Assembly (NCBI GenBank): GCA_951406725.2
Contig: OX597834.1
Coordinates: 1,984,001-2,048,000, forward strand
DNA from: Octopus vulgaris
Taxonomy: Eukaryota
Direction of reading: 5' to 3'
Length of the DNA stretch: 64,000 nucleotides
In this document: positions 12,441 through 24,731 of the stretch, in pieces
Layout of the letters: the number at the start of each line of letters is the position of its first letter
Position numbering within the stretch: the stretch's first letter is position 1
Translations under genes and position numbers: made by a program
The notes under the pieces: model-generated
Told to the model about the DNA's origin: nothing
Database searches by the model: none
The model's input: the letters and a program-made list of their open reading frames with translations, nothing else

Positions 12441-14426
12441 TTTTGAGGAATAGGGTACCTCCCCCAGCCTGTATTATTAAGATAATGGTTTGAAGGCATC
12501 TTCCTGGAGGCTAAGGTGTTTCTCTAATGATCGTGTTTGGCTTCAATTCCTGGACTGGGCAGTGTGTTGTGTTCTTGAGCAAAACTCTTCATTTCACATT
12601 GCCCCAGCCAACTCAACTGTAGATGAGTAACTTTGCAATAGACTGGCATCCCATGCAGGGAAATGTGGTGATCTCAGCCACTTTGATGCCATGCAAAATG
12701 GGTAACCAGCTCTTACAAGTCCTACAACTTGAGACAGTAATGTCCATTGAGGGAGATTTGGCTGCTGTTTTCAATGGATCAAATGATAACTGCATAAAGG
12801 CTCTCTTGTTGGCTCTAAGAGGTACCAGGCGCGGGGGGTGGGTAGTGATATTTCCTGCTTGAAGATAATTGATGTTTAAATCGTTATCTCTCATCTGATA
12901 ATTATTTGCTATTGTAGATGAAGTAAATTACTTTTGGTCTGTCTGTGTGTTGACAGGTCACATGGCCTGTTATAAATAGCAGCCAAGTATCAAATATAGA
13001 GATATCTTTGAATAAAAGATAAGATGGTCATGGTTGGAGCATCTTTGATCATGAGGCGTAAACAACAGTGACATTATTGACTGAATGAGACTTAGAAGAA
13101 CATTTTTTTTTTTTTTTTGACTACAATGAAGTCATTTCTGGGTTAAAATCTTGAAGGTAAGGAAGCACCAAAGAGCATTGGATCATTGTAAGAATCTGCT
13201 GAAGTTTCTTGCATGGTTTGGTCAAAAGTGGAAGATGGCACAGTGCCCTCTGATGGCAAGAAGAGGCCATGACCTTTGGTTTGTTGCTTACAGTTTCCGG
13301 GATTAAACACAAGACTTGTTTAACTCTGTCCGATGTAATGCTTATTTATTCATATTGTTTTGAATGAATCATGAATTATCTTGTAACTTTAAGATTTCAA
13401 TGATGTGATTGTATATCTTTAGAATGACAGCATTTCGTCTGCCCTTGTGTTCTGAGTTCAAATTCTGCCTAAGCTGACTTTCATCCTTTTGTAGTTGTTG
13501 ATGAAATAGGCACCAGTTGAACACTGGGAGCCCAATGTAATCAACTAGCCACCCACCCTGCTAAATTTCAGGCCTTGTGCCTATAGTAGAGAGGATAGTT
13601 TTAGAATGACATTGTAGGGTAGGTGTGAGATGCCAAATCTGGCTAGTTTGAACATGGAACAGGGAAAATATTTGGGTTGGATATGGCTGGTTTAAATACT
13701 GAAGGGTTAAACTGTGTGTGAAGGGATTTATTGGCAGTTTAGAGAGGATTTATTTGTGGTAGGGCTCAGTTTGAAACAGTGAATCCACAAAAGCCAGATT
13801 GTCACCTGACAACCAGTCATTTCACATTGACATTATGGTCAACCACTCACAATTCCAACAGTGGACTCTTTACACATGAAGACCAGATATTAATTCAACA
13901 TTCCACTGTCCATCTTGGTACTTACATAATCCTGTGAGACCATAATTACTGTTGCTGTTAAGTTCAAGGTCACCTTTGATCCTGAAGGCCCATGGTCAAA
14001 GATGTTCTGAACATAACTATCCAGTCTTTTTTTTCTTTTTCCAATTGTAGTACATCTAAGATTACTTTATCCAATGTGTCCTTCTTGTCATCTGATTTGA
14101 GAGAAATTTGACTATTATGTTTTGAAAGTAAAGTAGCCGTGTGGAGGCTTATTATTATACTTGTGGGTTGTGTTTTTAATTAAGATTACCTAATTAAAAT
14201 TCAGAACATTATACAATGTTGAAGATAACATCATAACTGGAATTATTACAAATAGACTTTGAAAAATGTTAGATTTCCTCTATTTTTTATTTACACACAC
14301 ACACACACACACACTTATGTGTATATTGTGTATGTACGTATGTTTGTGTGTGTGTGTTTAGTGTAGACAGTCTATTTGTTGTCAGGTGTGATGTATTATC
14401 ATTATCCTGTTTTATCTCAATCTCAG

Positions 14427-14448
14427 ATTGTTGGTGACATTACAACAG
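14427..14448 (+). other. Candidate 22 nt microexon
   Basis: TTTTATCTCAATCTCAG acceptor and CAG|GTAAAA donor. Confidence 0.25.
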
Positions 14449-15055
14449 GTAAAATTAGGACGTAAGAAATAGGTGAGGAGAACTTCAATGTAGACACACA
14501 CACACACACAGAAGGTCAGCAACAACAACAAGAGGATTACAGTGATTCCACTTATTGTTACATAATAGGGGATCTAGCAATGGTAGCAGTTATGTTCAGG
14601 TCGTGTGTGTGAAGTGAGAGCCTGCAGATGATGGTCCTTAGTTTTGTTGTTGTTTACATCTGAGTTAGTATGATCCAGTGGCCCCATGTCACAGGTGAGT
14701 TTTGTGGATCAGTTGGTCAAGCCATAGAATGAGCAGCTCAGTCAGGGAGACAGCGAGTGACCCCATGAGTGCTAGAAATAACAAAGCTGCCTTATCTCAC
14801 ATCACTATTCTCTTGAAGGAACATATCTAATAATATAGATTCCCAGAGTCGAGAGAAAGGAAATACAGGATGGTGATGGGTGGCATATCTCTGACCATTG
14901 ATTTACTCAACCAGGTCCAACACGGGGTTAAATAACAACAAAATTACTCTTTGGAAACCTCCCTCTTCTGTTTCTTGTTTCCCAGCCTTTCAAACTGTAA
15001 CCCCTTCACTAAATGTTCTTGTATTTTAATATATTACTGTTGTCTTCTCCTTCAG

Positions 15056-15137
15056 GTTGTTGGAACCTTAACGTGGACCTTATTCTACCCCCAGATTCTT
15101 TGATTTACACATGGTGTTTGGTATATTCACAAGTGAG
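15056..15137 (+). other. Candidate internal exon (82 nt) of an unassigned + strand transcript
   Basis: TGTCTTCTCCTTCAG acceptor, GAG|GTAGGC donor, unique sequence; one open frame (CWNLNVDLILPPDSLIYTWCLVYSQV) with no recognised homology. Confidence 0.35.
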
Positions 15138-15190
15138 GTAGGCACAGGCTTTTCTTTATTGCTTATACTCTTGGTTTCTAGTCTAATAAA

Positions 15191-15191
<1 letters not shown>

Positions 15192-15233
<42 letters not shown>

Positions 15234-15303
15234 CTCTCTCTCATGCACATAGTCAATCATATACTCTCCTCCCCACACACACACACACACATACAATCTC
15301 TCT

Positions 15304-15387
<84 letters not shown>
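15192..15387. repeat. (CA)n and (CT)n microsatellites
   Basis: Direct reading; similar CA/TG, TA, GA, ATT and GAT tracts occur throughout the window. Confidence 0.95.
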
Positions 15388-15388
<1 letters not shown>

Positions 15389-17710
15389 ACAATCTGATAT
15401 AAAACTGAATCTGCAACAAATTACTTGTCAATTTGTGTGTTGTCAATTCATCATGGAATTAATTAGTATTTCTAATTCCTCACCCATCTTATTTCTCCAT
15501 CTGTCTCTCTCCAGCATAACCTAGTTTAAGGGCAATTGATTATGTAATGGACTAATTAAGGACTTTGTTGATACTGTGGAGGGTCTCATCTCTAACTAGA
15601 ACAGAGTACCTCAAGTACCCTGTTTCTATTATGCTGCACACTTGGTGATGGAGGAGAGTTAATTAGCAGAACTTCAATAGACTTAGTTGTGGAATGGACA
15701 CTGAGTGCAGCTTCTATAGAGATGTGAAGTGGAGTAGAGGCTGTGAGAGGAGGTTCTAGATAAATTTGGTGATGGAATAAAATAAGGCTGTCAAGGAAGT
15801 CTGTGTTATAATGTGATCAACTGACTGGTGTATGTTTAATGTTAACTTGTTGCAGCAGAAGTGATCTCATTACGAAAGACATCAGTTGTCAGTTGATGTA
15901 TATATAGGACAGATGACTATATTCACAGTACAGTTGGTGCGTATATATATATATATATATACACACACACAGGAGAGATAACTATATATATCTTCATCAT
16001 CACCATTGTTTAACTTCTGCCTTCCATGCTAGCATGGGTGAGACAGTTTATATAATGTATATATGTGTGTATATATATATAGTTGAGATAGACTACAGCA
16101 GATGTGTGTGTATATATAGAAAGAGAGAAGAGAAGAGAGATGACTGTTCTATATATAGACATGTGATGTGGATGGATGGTGAGTCATTTAATTTTTGACA
16201 GAAAAGGTAGAACACATGACTTTGTAAAGCCTTCAAGATGGGCTGGGGTGGGGGCTGAGCAGAGAAAAGATCCTGTGACCGATAACCATTGGTTAGGTGA
16301 GAATGTCTGCAACAGGGTGGACTCTATCAAAGCCACCCAACGGCCGGGTGGTGGTGGTGATAAACTAGGAGGTAGATTAAAGCTACCACTTAATAATAGG
16401 CTTAGACACAGTTTCCAGGTTGACCCTTGGTCAAAATGCAGTACAGCGAGATTGAACTCAGAACCATATGATTGTCCAAGGTAGACATAGGAACTAGTCA
16501 CACAGTTAAATCTGATGATGACATGATGTCACAGCTTATGTTGGTTACCTGTCACATGACTGAGCTGTCCAACCAACACAGAGAAGATGGAGTTTAAAAA
16601 GACGGCAGTGATAAATGGAGAAACCATTAAAGTTGTTGCAGAAGTGTTGAGAAAATACTGTTTATTCTAAATATATATGACTGACTGCCTGGCAGGGAAC
16701 TAATTGTGGTCTGGTGTGTTAATTACAATGCCACTAATTATAACACTGAAGTCACTATTAACTACAACATCACATCTGTAAATAAGAGTCCTGACTGTGA
16801 TGGATGGACGTAAATGTCACAGCTTTCAACATTTCAACATGTTGTAGATATTAGCAGTTGGCTTCTACTCTGTACATGCGTGTGTGTGTGTGTATGTAAT
16901 TCTTTTTGAAACAGTTTAACTCGAAGCAGATAAAGCTATATAAATGGTAGCATGCAAATAATGGGATAAAAACCCTTTGGATAACAAAAGTCAAAGGCTG
17001 CCTGTGAGGTTCAAACCCACAGCTCCTGTGAACATGACAGACTTTCAGCCACTGGACCAAAACACTTCTTAATACTAAAACTCTAGGGATGTTTGTTTGT
17101 ACCTGAAATATCTCAGAAACAGTATATTTTATCTTAATTTTTTTCCATATTTATTTTCATACTTAACTTCAGCAGTGCAGTACAAATTTTTGTGACATTT
17201 GGATCTTTATTAATGAAAACGAATAAACACAATTTTTGTTTGTTATTTCTTGACGAAAAAGAACATGGCTTCCATGACATCAACACACATACAGACTGCA
17301 CACACATATAATGAATGTCATGGTGTATCGATCAACACAAATACACGTCTGCTATCTGTGACATATACAAACACATAGTCTTTGCGCTCTCTGAGAAAAA
17401 AAAAATACTTGATGTACACAATATTTTAATCATTTAGAAATATTTTTGACTGAATGTGACTTCAAAAATGTAAGTTCTTTGTACAGTAAGTATTTTTATA
17501 TTTTAGCTTTCTTTAAACAGACAATATTAAAAATTTTTTTTATTATTATTTTGAAGTCGTTAATTTCTGTAAAAAAATTTCTATTTATTTACTTTTGTTT
17601 TAAAGTGAAAGATGTATGTATGTGTATATGAAATGATGAATATATGTGAAAGAAAGAGAGTGAGTGAGTGAAGGGGTGTGTTGTCATGTATGCATACATA
17701 CATCAAAAAA

Positions 17711-17819
17711 ATTTGGCTGCTATTTCTTACGTTCCCTGCTACCATGTAACAGCTATTTGCAATCAAAGGACCTGAAATACTTGAGTAGTAGCAGGGCATG
17801 CAAGAAATAGCAGCCAAAT
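17711..17819. repeat. Hairpin with 32 bp arms
   Basis: ATTTGGCTGCTATTTCTTACGTTCCCTGCTAC versus GTAGCAGGGCATGCAAGAAATAGCAGCCAAAT. Confidence 0.85.
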
Positions 17820-19054
17820 CTGGGGAAAGGAGCCGTTTACGTGTGATTCTGATGTCACATTCATTGAAAGCATGTGAAGTAACCTGGGAGAGAAAGAAAA
17901 ACCCATGAAACAAAACTCCATTGCTGGGAAACTCAGACTTTCTAGGTGACCCGATGGGTTACAGGTAGTCTAGTATATAAATATACACACACCTACATAG
18001 TTTCTAGGTTTTTTTTACCCCCCCCTCCCCATGTGACAGTTATTTGAATGTCAGCTGAAATACTTTGAGATATTTACTGTGGTTGTGTACATTCTGGTTT
18101 CTAATCCTGTTAAGATTTACTTAGCTTTCATCCTTCTGGAGGTCAATAAAATAAAGTACCATTGAAGGGAAGTTGGATTAGCAAAATAGTTGGATGGGAT
18201 TCCCTCTAGAACCTCTTCCAAGGCTTTGCATTCTGAATTCAAATACTTGCTTGTTGGTGTTAGACTAAGCAAAAGAGTAAGTCAACCACACTATCTCCTG
18301 TCCCTTGAGGGCCTTTGACAGGATCTGCTCTATTGCAAGATCTCTGGTTTGCTGATTTCTGCCTCCTCCTCCTCCTCCTCAGGTTATAGACACTACCTTC
18401 CTGTCTAACTGAACTGTATGATGGTGGTGGTGGGGTATTGTCATTGAACCTCCATGGTCCATGCTGACATAAAACAGTGTGAGCTTCTCTTGCGATGCCT
18501 GTCTTTAGTGAGGTGTTTCTTAATTTCTATCAAAGTAACTGAAACACCCCCTATTTTCAGTCACTGAGTTAGTTTGTGAAATACATAGAATAATATTTCT
18601 TTCTTTTTTTATTCGATGACACTCTGTCTTTAATTAACTATTTAAAACTGAGGCTTTAAAGAAATAGTAGAACTTATGTACAATGGAAGCTGTGTTGGAT
18701 TAAAATAGCAACCTGTGTATCACACTTAATGCAAATACCAAATGTATCATATTAAATAACACAGAAATGTATGTCATCATCATCCTCATCGTTTAACTTC
18801 TGCTTTCCTTGCTGGCATGGATTGTACAGTTTGACTTGGGACTGCACCAAGCTCCAGTCTGACCTGGCAAGGTTTCTACAGCTGAATGCCCTTCCTAATG
18901 CCAACCACTCCAAGTGTGTAGTGAATACTTTTTACATACTACCAGCATGGGAGCCAGTCAAGCAGCAATGGCATCGACCACACTCGAATGGTGCTTTTTA
19001 CGTGCCACCAGGATGGGAGCCAGTCTGGTGGGGCTGGCATTGACCACACTCAAG

Positions 19055-19850
19055 GGCTTTCTCCATGTCAACGAAAGCTAAGTACAGAGGTTTATCTTTG
19101 GTTAGGTATTTCTCCTGCAGTTGTCTTACCAGAAATATAGCATCAGTGGTGCAAATCCAACCCTGGCACAAATCCAAACTACATCTCTTCTAAACTAACT
19201 CTCTCCATAATTAGTTGGGCTATGACCCTCTATGATCCAACAATTTGATACCTCTGTAATTACTTGTATCTAGTGTGTCACCTTTACATTTGTAGCAGTT
19301 GACTATTATGCTGCTACACCAGTCATTGGGTGTAACTCCTTCATCTATCACCTGATTGATTATACGGGTGACTAGACTATAGCCTACACTGCCAAATATT
19401 TTAAGCATCTCTGTGGTGATTCCTGATGGGTCGGAGGCTTTCCCTGTCTTCATACCCTTAATTGCTTTATCTACCAAGATACTGCCAGTTCGGATAGCTA
19501 GTCCTTCTGTTGGGTCAACTTTTAGCAACCTTTCCTAGTGGCGCCTCCAAGTCTCTCTCTTTTCAGCCTCATTAAATGCAAGTGAGCCATCATCCATGCA
19601 GACACATTTCTTTCCTACCACATCACGATTCTCTCTCACACACTGTCTTGCAACACGAAACACTTCAAGTCTTTGGTCCTCACAATGCAGAACATTGGCA
19701 AGTGTTTTTTTCTTGTCAGCTTCATCTGGAGCAAATAAAAATCAGTCAACAGTGGTGGTGGGCATATTGGAGGATTTTGGATGTACACTTGTGCCTTTTT
19801 ATACTTCGTTAGCAACAGGTACCTGCTGGCATTTAAGGAAATGTTTTTAA
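19055..19850 (-). mobile_element. RTE LINE fragment (pre-RT / RT start)
   Basis: KAIKGMKTGKASDPSGITTEMLK...PNDWCSSIIVNCYKCKGDTLDTSNYRGIKLLDH. Confidence 0.85.
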
Positions 19851-19886
19851 GTTTTTAATAATATAAATTATATATATGTGTGTGTG

Positions 19887-20500
19887 TGCATATATGGGTA
19901 CAGGACGTCGCCAAGTGTGTAAACAACATGAGGTATGAAAACAAACGAGTTAAATACGCAAACAACAAGAGAAAAAAATGGAAAACAGGACAAATAAACA
20001 CAGAACAACACTTCATCAGTTGTCTATCTACTCCACATTTTGAGCATTCAACGACAATATGAGTCTTCAAAGACAGTTGTTCCCATAAATTCCAAAATAA
20101 CATTTAGAATTTATGGAGGGTCAAAGTTGGGAACAAAAACATGACAGTGGAGACATACAAGGAAACTGAACGAAAACAAACAAGGAGGGTCGTTAGACCA
20201 GAACGAGAGGAAAATATTGAATGCTGGGAGAAATATTTTCTTTGAAACGAGAAAAGACAGAAGAGAGAGAAAGAAAATGTCCAGTCCTTAGAACATTGTG
20301 CTGGAAAAGAAAGATGGACGATGGTCACGTGTGATCAATGAGAGAGAGAAAGAGGGGGAGAGAGATACGGACAGATAGAAAATGGGGAAGAGGAGAAAAG
20401 GGAATTGGAGAAGGATGGGGGAAAGGAAACAGTATAGAGTTGCATCAAAATGGTTAAGATAAACTTACTTGGAAATGGATGCATGGCATTCTATTAAATA

Positions 20501-20534
<34 letters not shown>

Positions 20535-20573
20535 TTATGCATATATGGGTGCAGGACATCACCAACTGTGTAA
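19887..20573 (-). mobile_element. 651 bp non-coding cassette with 36 bp terminal direct repeats next to microsatellites
   Basis: TGCATATATGGGTRCAGGACRTCRCCAASTGTGTAA at 19887 and 20538. Confidence 0.55.
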
Positions 20574-23108
20574 TACTTTGAATGATTTTTAAAGATTTAT
20601 GGAACAAAACTGTAAACCATAAGACACATAGATTGTAACGATACAGTTGAGGGGTCTTTGTAACGGCTTCTCATCAGTTGCTATTATGATGTAACCAGCG
20701 GTGATTGTCATTATACACCTATACCAAGGTTGTAATGACACAGATCACTGACTCTAATGACAAACCTCAGGTAAGGCCATTGCAACGTGTTGCTGCCTTC
20801 ACCATTTGTTGGTGTATTTTTGAGTCGTCCGGGGCCACCTGTCAGTCATAGTCTCAGTCAGTCCCCATCCCCTCGAGATACCTCCTCATCTGCTGCGGCC
20901 ATGTGGCATGTGGGACCAATGCAAGCCATCAACCCAGCTGGATCCTCAATGAAGAGAACCCAGCAGGGTTGGAAAATCAAGCCACATGACCTAAGGGTCT
21001 GAGCCCAACTCACTCTCAATTGATCCATTGGCATGGGGAGTTCTAATAGCTCCACAGTTGAGCAGCAATAAGAAAGTTTAACTTGGTCACCTCTGTCTTT
21101 GATCTGGAGTCTCAACTGCCAACTGATTCTTCTTCGCTTAGAAAGCCTGACCAGTCTTTCTACTTCCATTTTATCTTCATTGAAATTCAGATACAATTAT
21201 TTGGGTCTGTCTTTTGGACTTATTCTCTGATTCAATTGCCTTCTATCTCTTTACTGTGTTGTATTAGGAATTATATTAAAATATTTTGTGTATTATAGAA
21301 GTAAAACTAATTTATTGCAGATAAATTTTGAACACCAAAATCTCATCAGAAACTCTTGGGACCATATGGACCGTTGTTGAGAACCATTGGTGAAGATTAC
21401 GATTATATTGAGAATGTTAAAAAAAAATGGTTTGTGTGGGTGAGGAGTTTTGGGTCATTTTCCCCCTTCCTTCTAGCTCTTTGTAAGCGACATTTTAGGG
21501 AAATAGGTTTTCCAAGGGTGTAGTTTACACAAGGGTAATGGTTCAAGATGGTTCAAACATAGAAATATGAGAACAAAAACCAAATGGAAGAAATAGTTGA
21601 TGTAACAACATTGCAAGTGAGAACAGTGATCCAAAACGCCAAGCCAATTATTTTCTTTTCTCAGTGTAATTGTAATCTACACTTTTCAACAAGAATCTCT
21701 ACAAAATGTTATTTAAAAAATATATTTCAGAAAACCATAAGGAACTAAAATCTGGTGAGTGTGGTGAGCAACAAGCTGTAGATGTATCATATATATATCT
21801 ATCTATCTATGTTTGTTTGTTTGTTTTTATATTCAACTATAATATAAGCAACTTTACATTAATCTGAAGGGCTGCTCTATACTTTTGTAGGGTACAGATT
21901 TATTATTCTTGAACAAGATTATTACTGACAGTGACTTCAAAGTTTCAACCATTTCTCATCAGAATGTTTAAGTGGCTGAGACTTCCACATCCACTGTCAA
22001 TAATGTTCTACATCTTAACTGGGTGCCAAAATAATGTATGTATTGATATACATCTTTGCTGATCACCAAACAATGAAAACAGCTGCTGGCAGACAAAGTA
22101 GAGACTCAAAGATTGCTGCAATATTCGTTTTAGATTTCATATTCTTCCAAATACATTTCATTGTTTGTCTTTCTCGGTTCTTTTCTTTTCTTTTTCTTAA
22201 TTTCTGTTGTCAAATGTCAGGTAAAATAAGAGATTACCTTTCTTGTCTTTCTTGTTGACAAATGGAAACAAAACTGTTTGAAAACAAATTCCTGTCAAAT
22301 TTATTCTAAGATCTGCTTTGGCGTGACTTTGTAGCAAGTATTTTCTGTCATAGCCCCAGGCTGGCCAAAGCCTTGCCAAGAGATTTGTTAGGCAGAAACT
22401 GAAAGAAGCTCATCATATTATATATTTATTTATTTGGTGCTGCTCCCCGGCTTACCAGTTTTCAGTCAAACCGTCCAACCCATACCAGCATGAAAAGCAG
22501 ATGTTAAATGATGATGATGATATCCCCACCTTCTCAAAACTTGTCTTGCAAGTTACTTGGTGACCATAAAAAGCATCCAGTCCACACTGTGAAGTGGTTG
22601 GCATTTGGAAGGACATCCAGTTGTAAAACCCATGCCAAAGCTGAATTACCTGTGCTGGTGCTATGTAAAAAGCACTCAGCCCACTCTGCAGGGTGTTAGG
22701 AAGGGCATCCAGCTTTGAAAACCTTGCCCAAACAGACTTGGTAGCCTGGGGTAGTCTTCTACCTGGCCATCTCCTGTCAAACTGTCCAACCCATACCAGC
22801 ATGGAAGGCGGACATTAAGTGATGATGATGGTGTGTGTGTGCACATGCGTCTGTGTGTGTGTGTGTTTTGACATTGTGTGATACTTGTAAATGCATGTTA
22901 GCATCATGCAAGCGGGAAATATTACCTTAGTTGGCAACAGGTGAGCGTTGGTGACAGGAAGGGTATCTGCCCCTAGAATAATCTGTCGACAAATTCTGTC
23001 TGATTCATGCAAACGTGGATGTTTTAATTGGTGGTGGTGCCATGCATTACTGAGAACATTGGGGGAACACAGGTTATTACAAATCAAAAACAATGTAGAA
23101 ATTATTAT

Positions 23109-23326
23109 TTAACCCTTTCATTACCAACCCGGCTGAAACTGGCTCTGGCTCAGTCTTGTTTTCATAAGTTCTGAATTAAAATCTTCTACCAAACCTTAAT
23201 CACAATTTATGTTCCTCACACTAGCTGAATGATAATGAAGTTATTTTACTAAATTCTTTGTTATATTTAAAGTAATTGAAAGAAACACAGAGCATCTCAA
23301 AATAAATACAGAAACAAAAGGGTTAA
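23109..23326 (+). mobile_element. piggyBac-like MITE with TTAA target duplication
   Basis: TTAA|CCCTTT...AAAGGG|TTAA. Confidence 0.7.
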
Positions 23327-24382
23327 CTCCATATCAGCTTTGAATAAGAGCAAAGCTATTCCAGCCATGACCATCCAGTCATTTTACAGGAATTGTCTTT
23401 GATTACACCATCTTCTCTTCAAGATGGTAGGCTGTGATGTGAAGGCAATTTGGCTGCCATTTCTAAGAGATTTGTCGATCACATCTAGTTTCTATTTCTT
23501 GTTTACACAGTTGGTTATCTGATATATACATGTGTGTGTGTGTCTGTGTGTGCAGAAAGATTGATTGAGATTGAAGAGGCACAGATTTTATATTTTAAGA
23601 AAAAGGAGAGTCAGGATTTGAATAAAATCTATTTCGCACTTTGATCCCTTTTAGGAATTCATCTTAATAGCTTTTATCCAAATTTTGACTCCTTATATGT
23701 ATGTATGATAGAATGTGATTGCGTGTGTGTATGTGCGTATTCTATAATTACAGAACTTTTTAACACACAAAACAGACATGAATTTTTTTCTCTCAACAAT
23801 TCTCTTTCTCCTCTGATCCATTTATCCATCAGAAAACTAGACATTAAAAACGTTGATGACTTCTCTAACGGCTTTCTTGTAGAAGATGACTACTTTGTGC
23901 TGTTTTTTCTTTGATTATATTAAAATAGACTAACTTTTGTTTTTAAGGCTTGGAAATTCCAAATTAAAAGAAAAAAATGTCAAAAGCAGCTAAATATATA
24001 AAATCAATATGTATTTGATCTTTTTTCTGTTGATCAATGTTTTTGAAATGCTGACTTAATCCATTAAGATAGTATTAATGATGTGTACAGTACCTTGCCA
24101 TAAACATTTTATGATGACACTAACCAAAAGTAATTTTCAAAAGAAATTGTATACATCACACACGCACACACAGGCCTAATTGCTAAATAAAACGATTCAC
24201 CTCCTGCAAATGAAATCACCTGTGTTATTTTGATGGGACCCAGTGGTAAAGAAGTGAATAAATTCGAGGATGGACAGAGGAAGTGGATTTCAGTGAGTTG
24301 AAAATTGTTTTGTGATTTGATCATCATCACCAGGTTCCTTTAACTGGTACAGTTGGTCATTGGGATGCTATTCCAGGTTCTA

Positions 24383-24731
24383 GGAAAGTTTGCTGCAGGA
24401 AAATTCATCTCAGGATTTCTGGCCACAAGACAAAAGATGAATTGCTCCTCTTGGTATAAAATGGTTTCAACCAATAAGAAGGGCTAAAGCAATTTCTTGA
24501 CTCATTTAAAATTTCTGCAGACATTTTTGCTAAACAAGAAAATATTGTCAAATGAATAAAAAAAATTTTAAATGAATTAAGAAATTGCTTTACCCCCGTC
24601 TTATTGGTTGAGACAATTACATACCAAGGGGAGCAATTCGTTTTCTGTCTGGTGGCAAAATTTTTTTCCCATGCAGTGAACATTCCTACAGCCAAAAATC
24701 CTGAGGCGAATTTTTCTGCAGCAACCTTTCC
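24383..24731. mobile_element. MITE-like element with 36 bp inverted repeats
   Basis: GGAAAGTTTGCTGCAGGAAAATTCATCTCAGGATTT versus AAATCCTGAGGCGAATTTTTCTGCAGCAACCTTTCC (4 mismatches). Confidence 0.6.

Noticed and set aside
16511-16565. CTGATGA plus TGACA/TGTCA hairpin as hammerhead or C/D snoRNA
   Set aside because: No GAAA after the stem; C to D box distance is short with no convincing terminal stem
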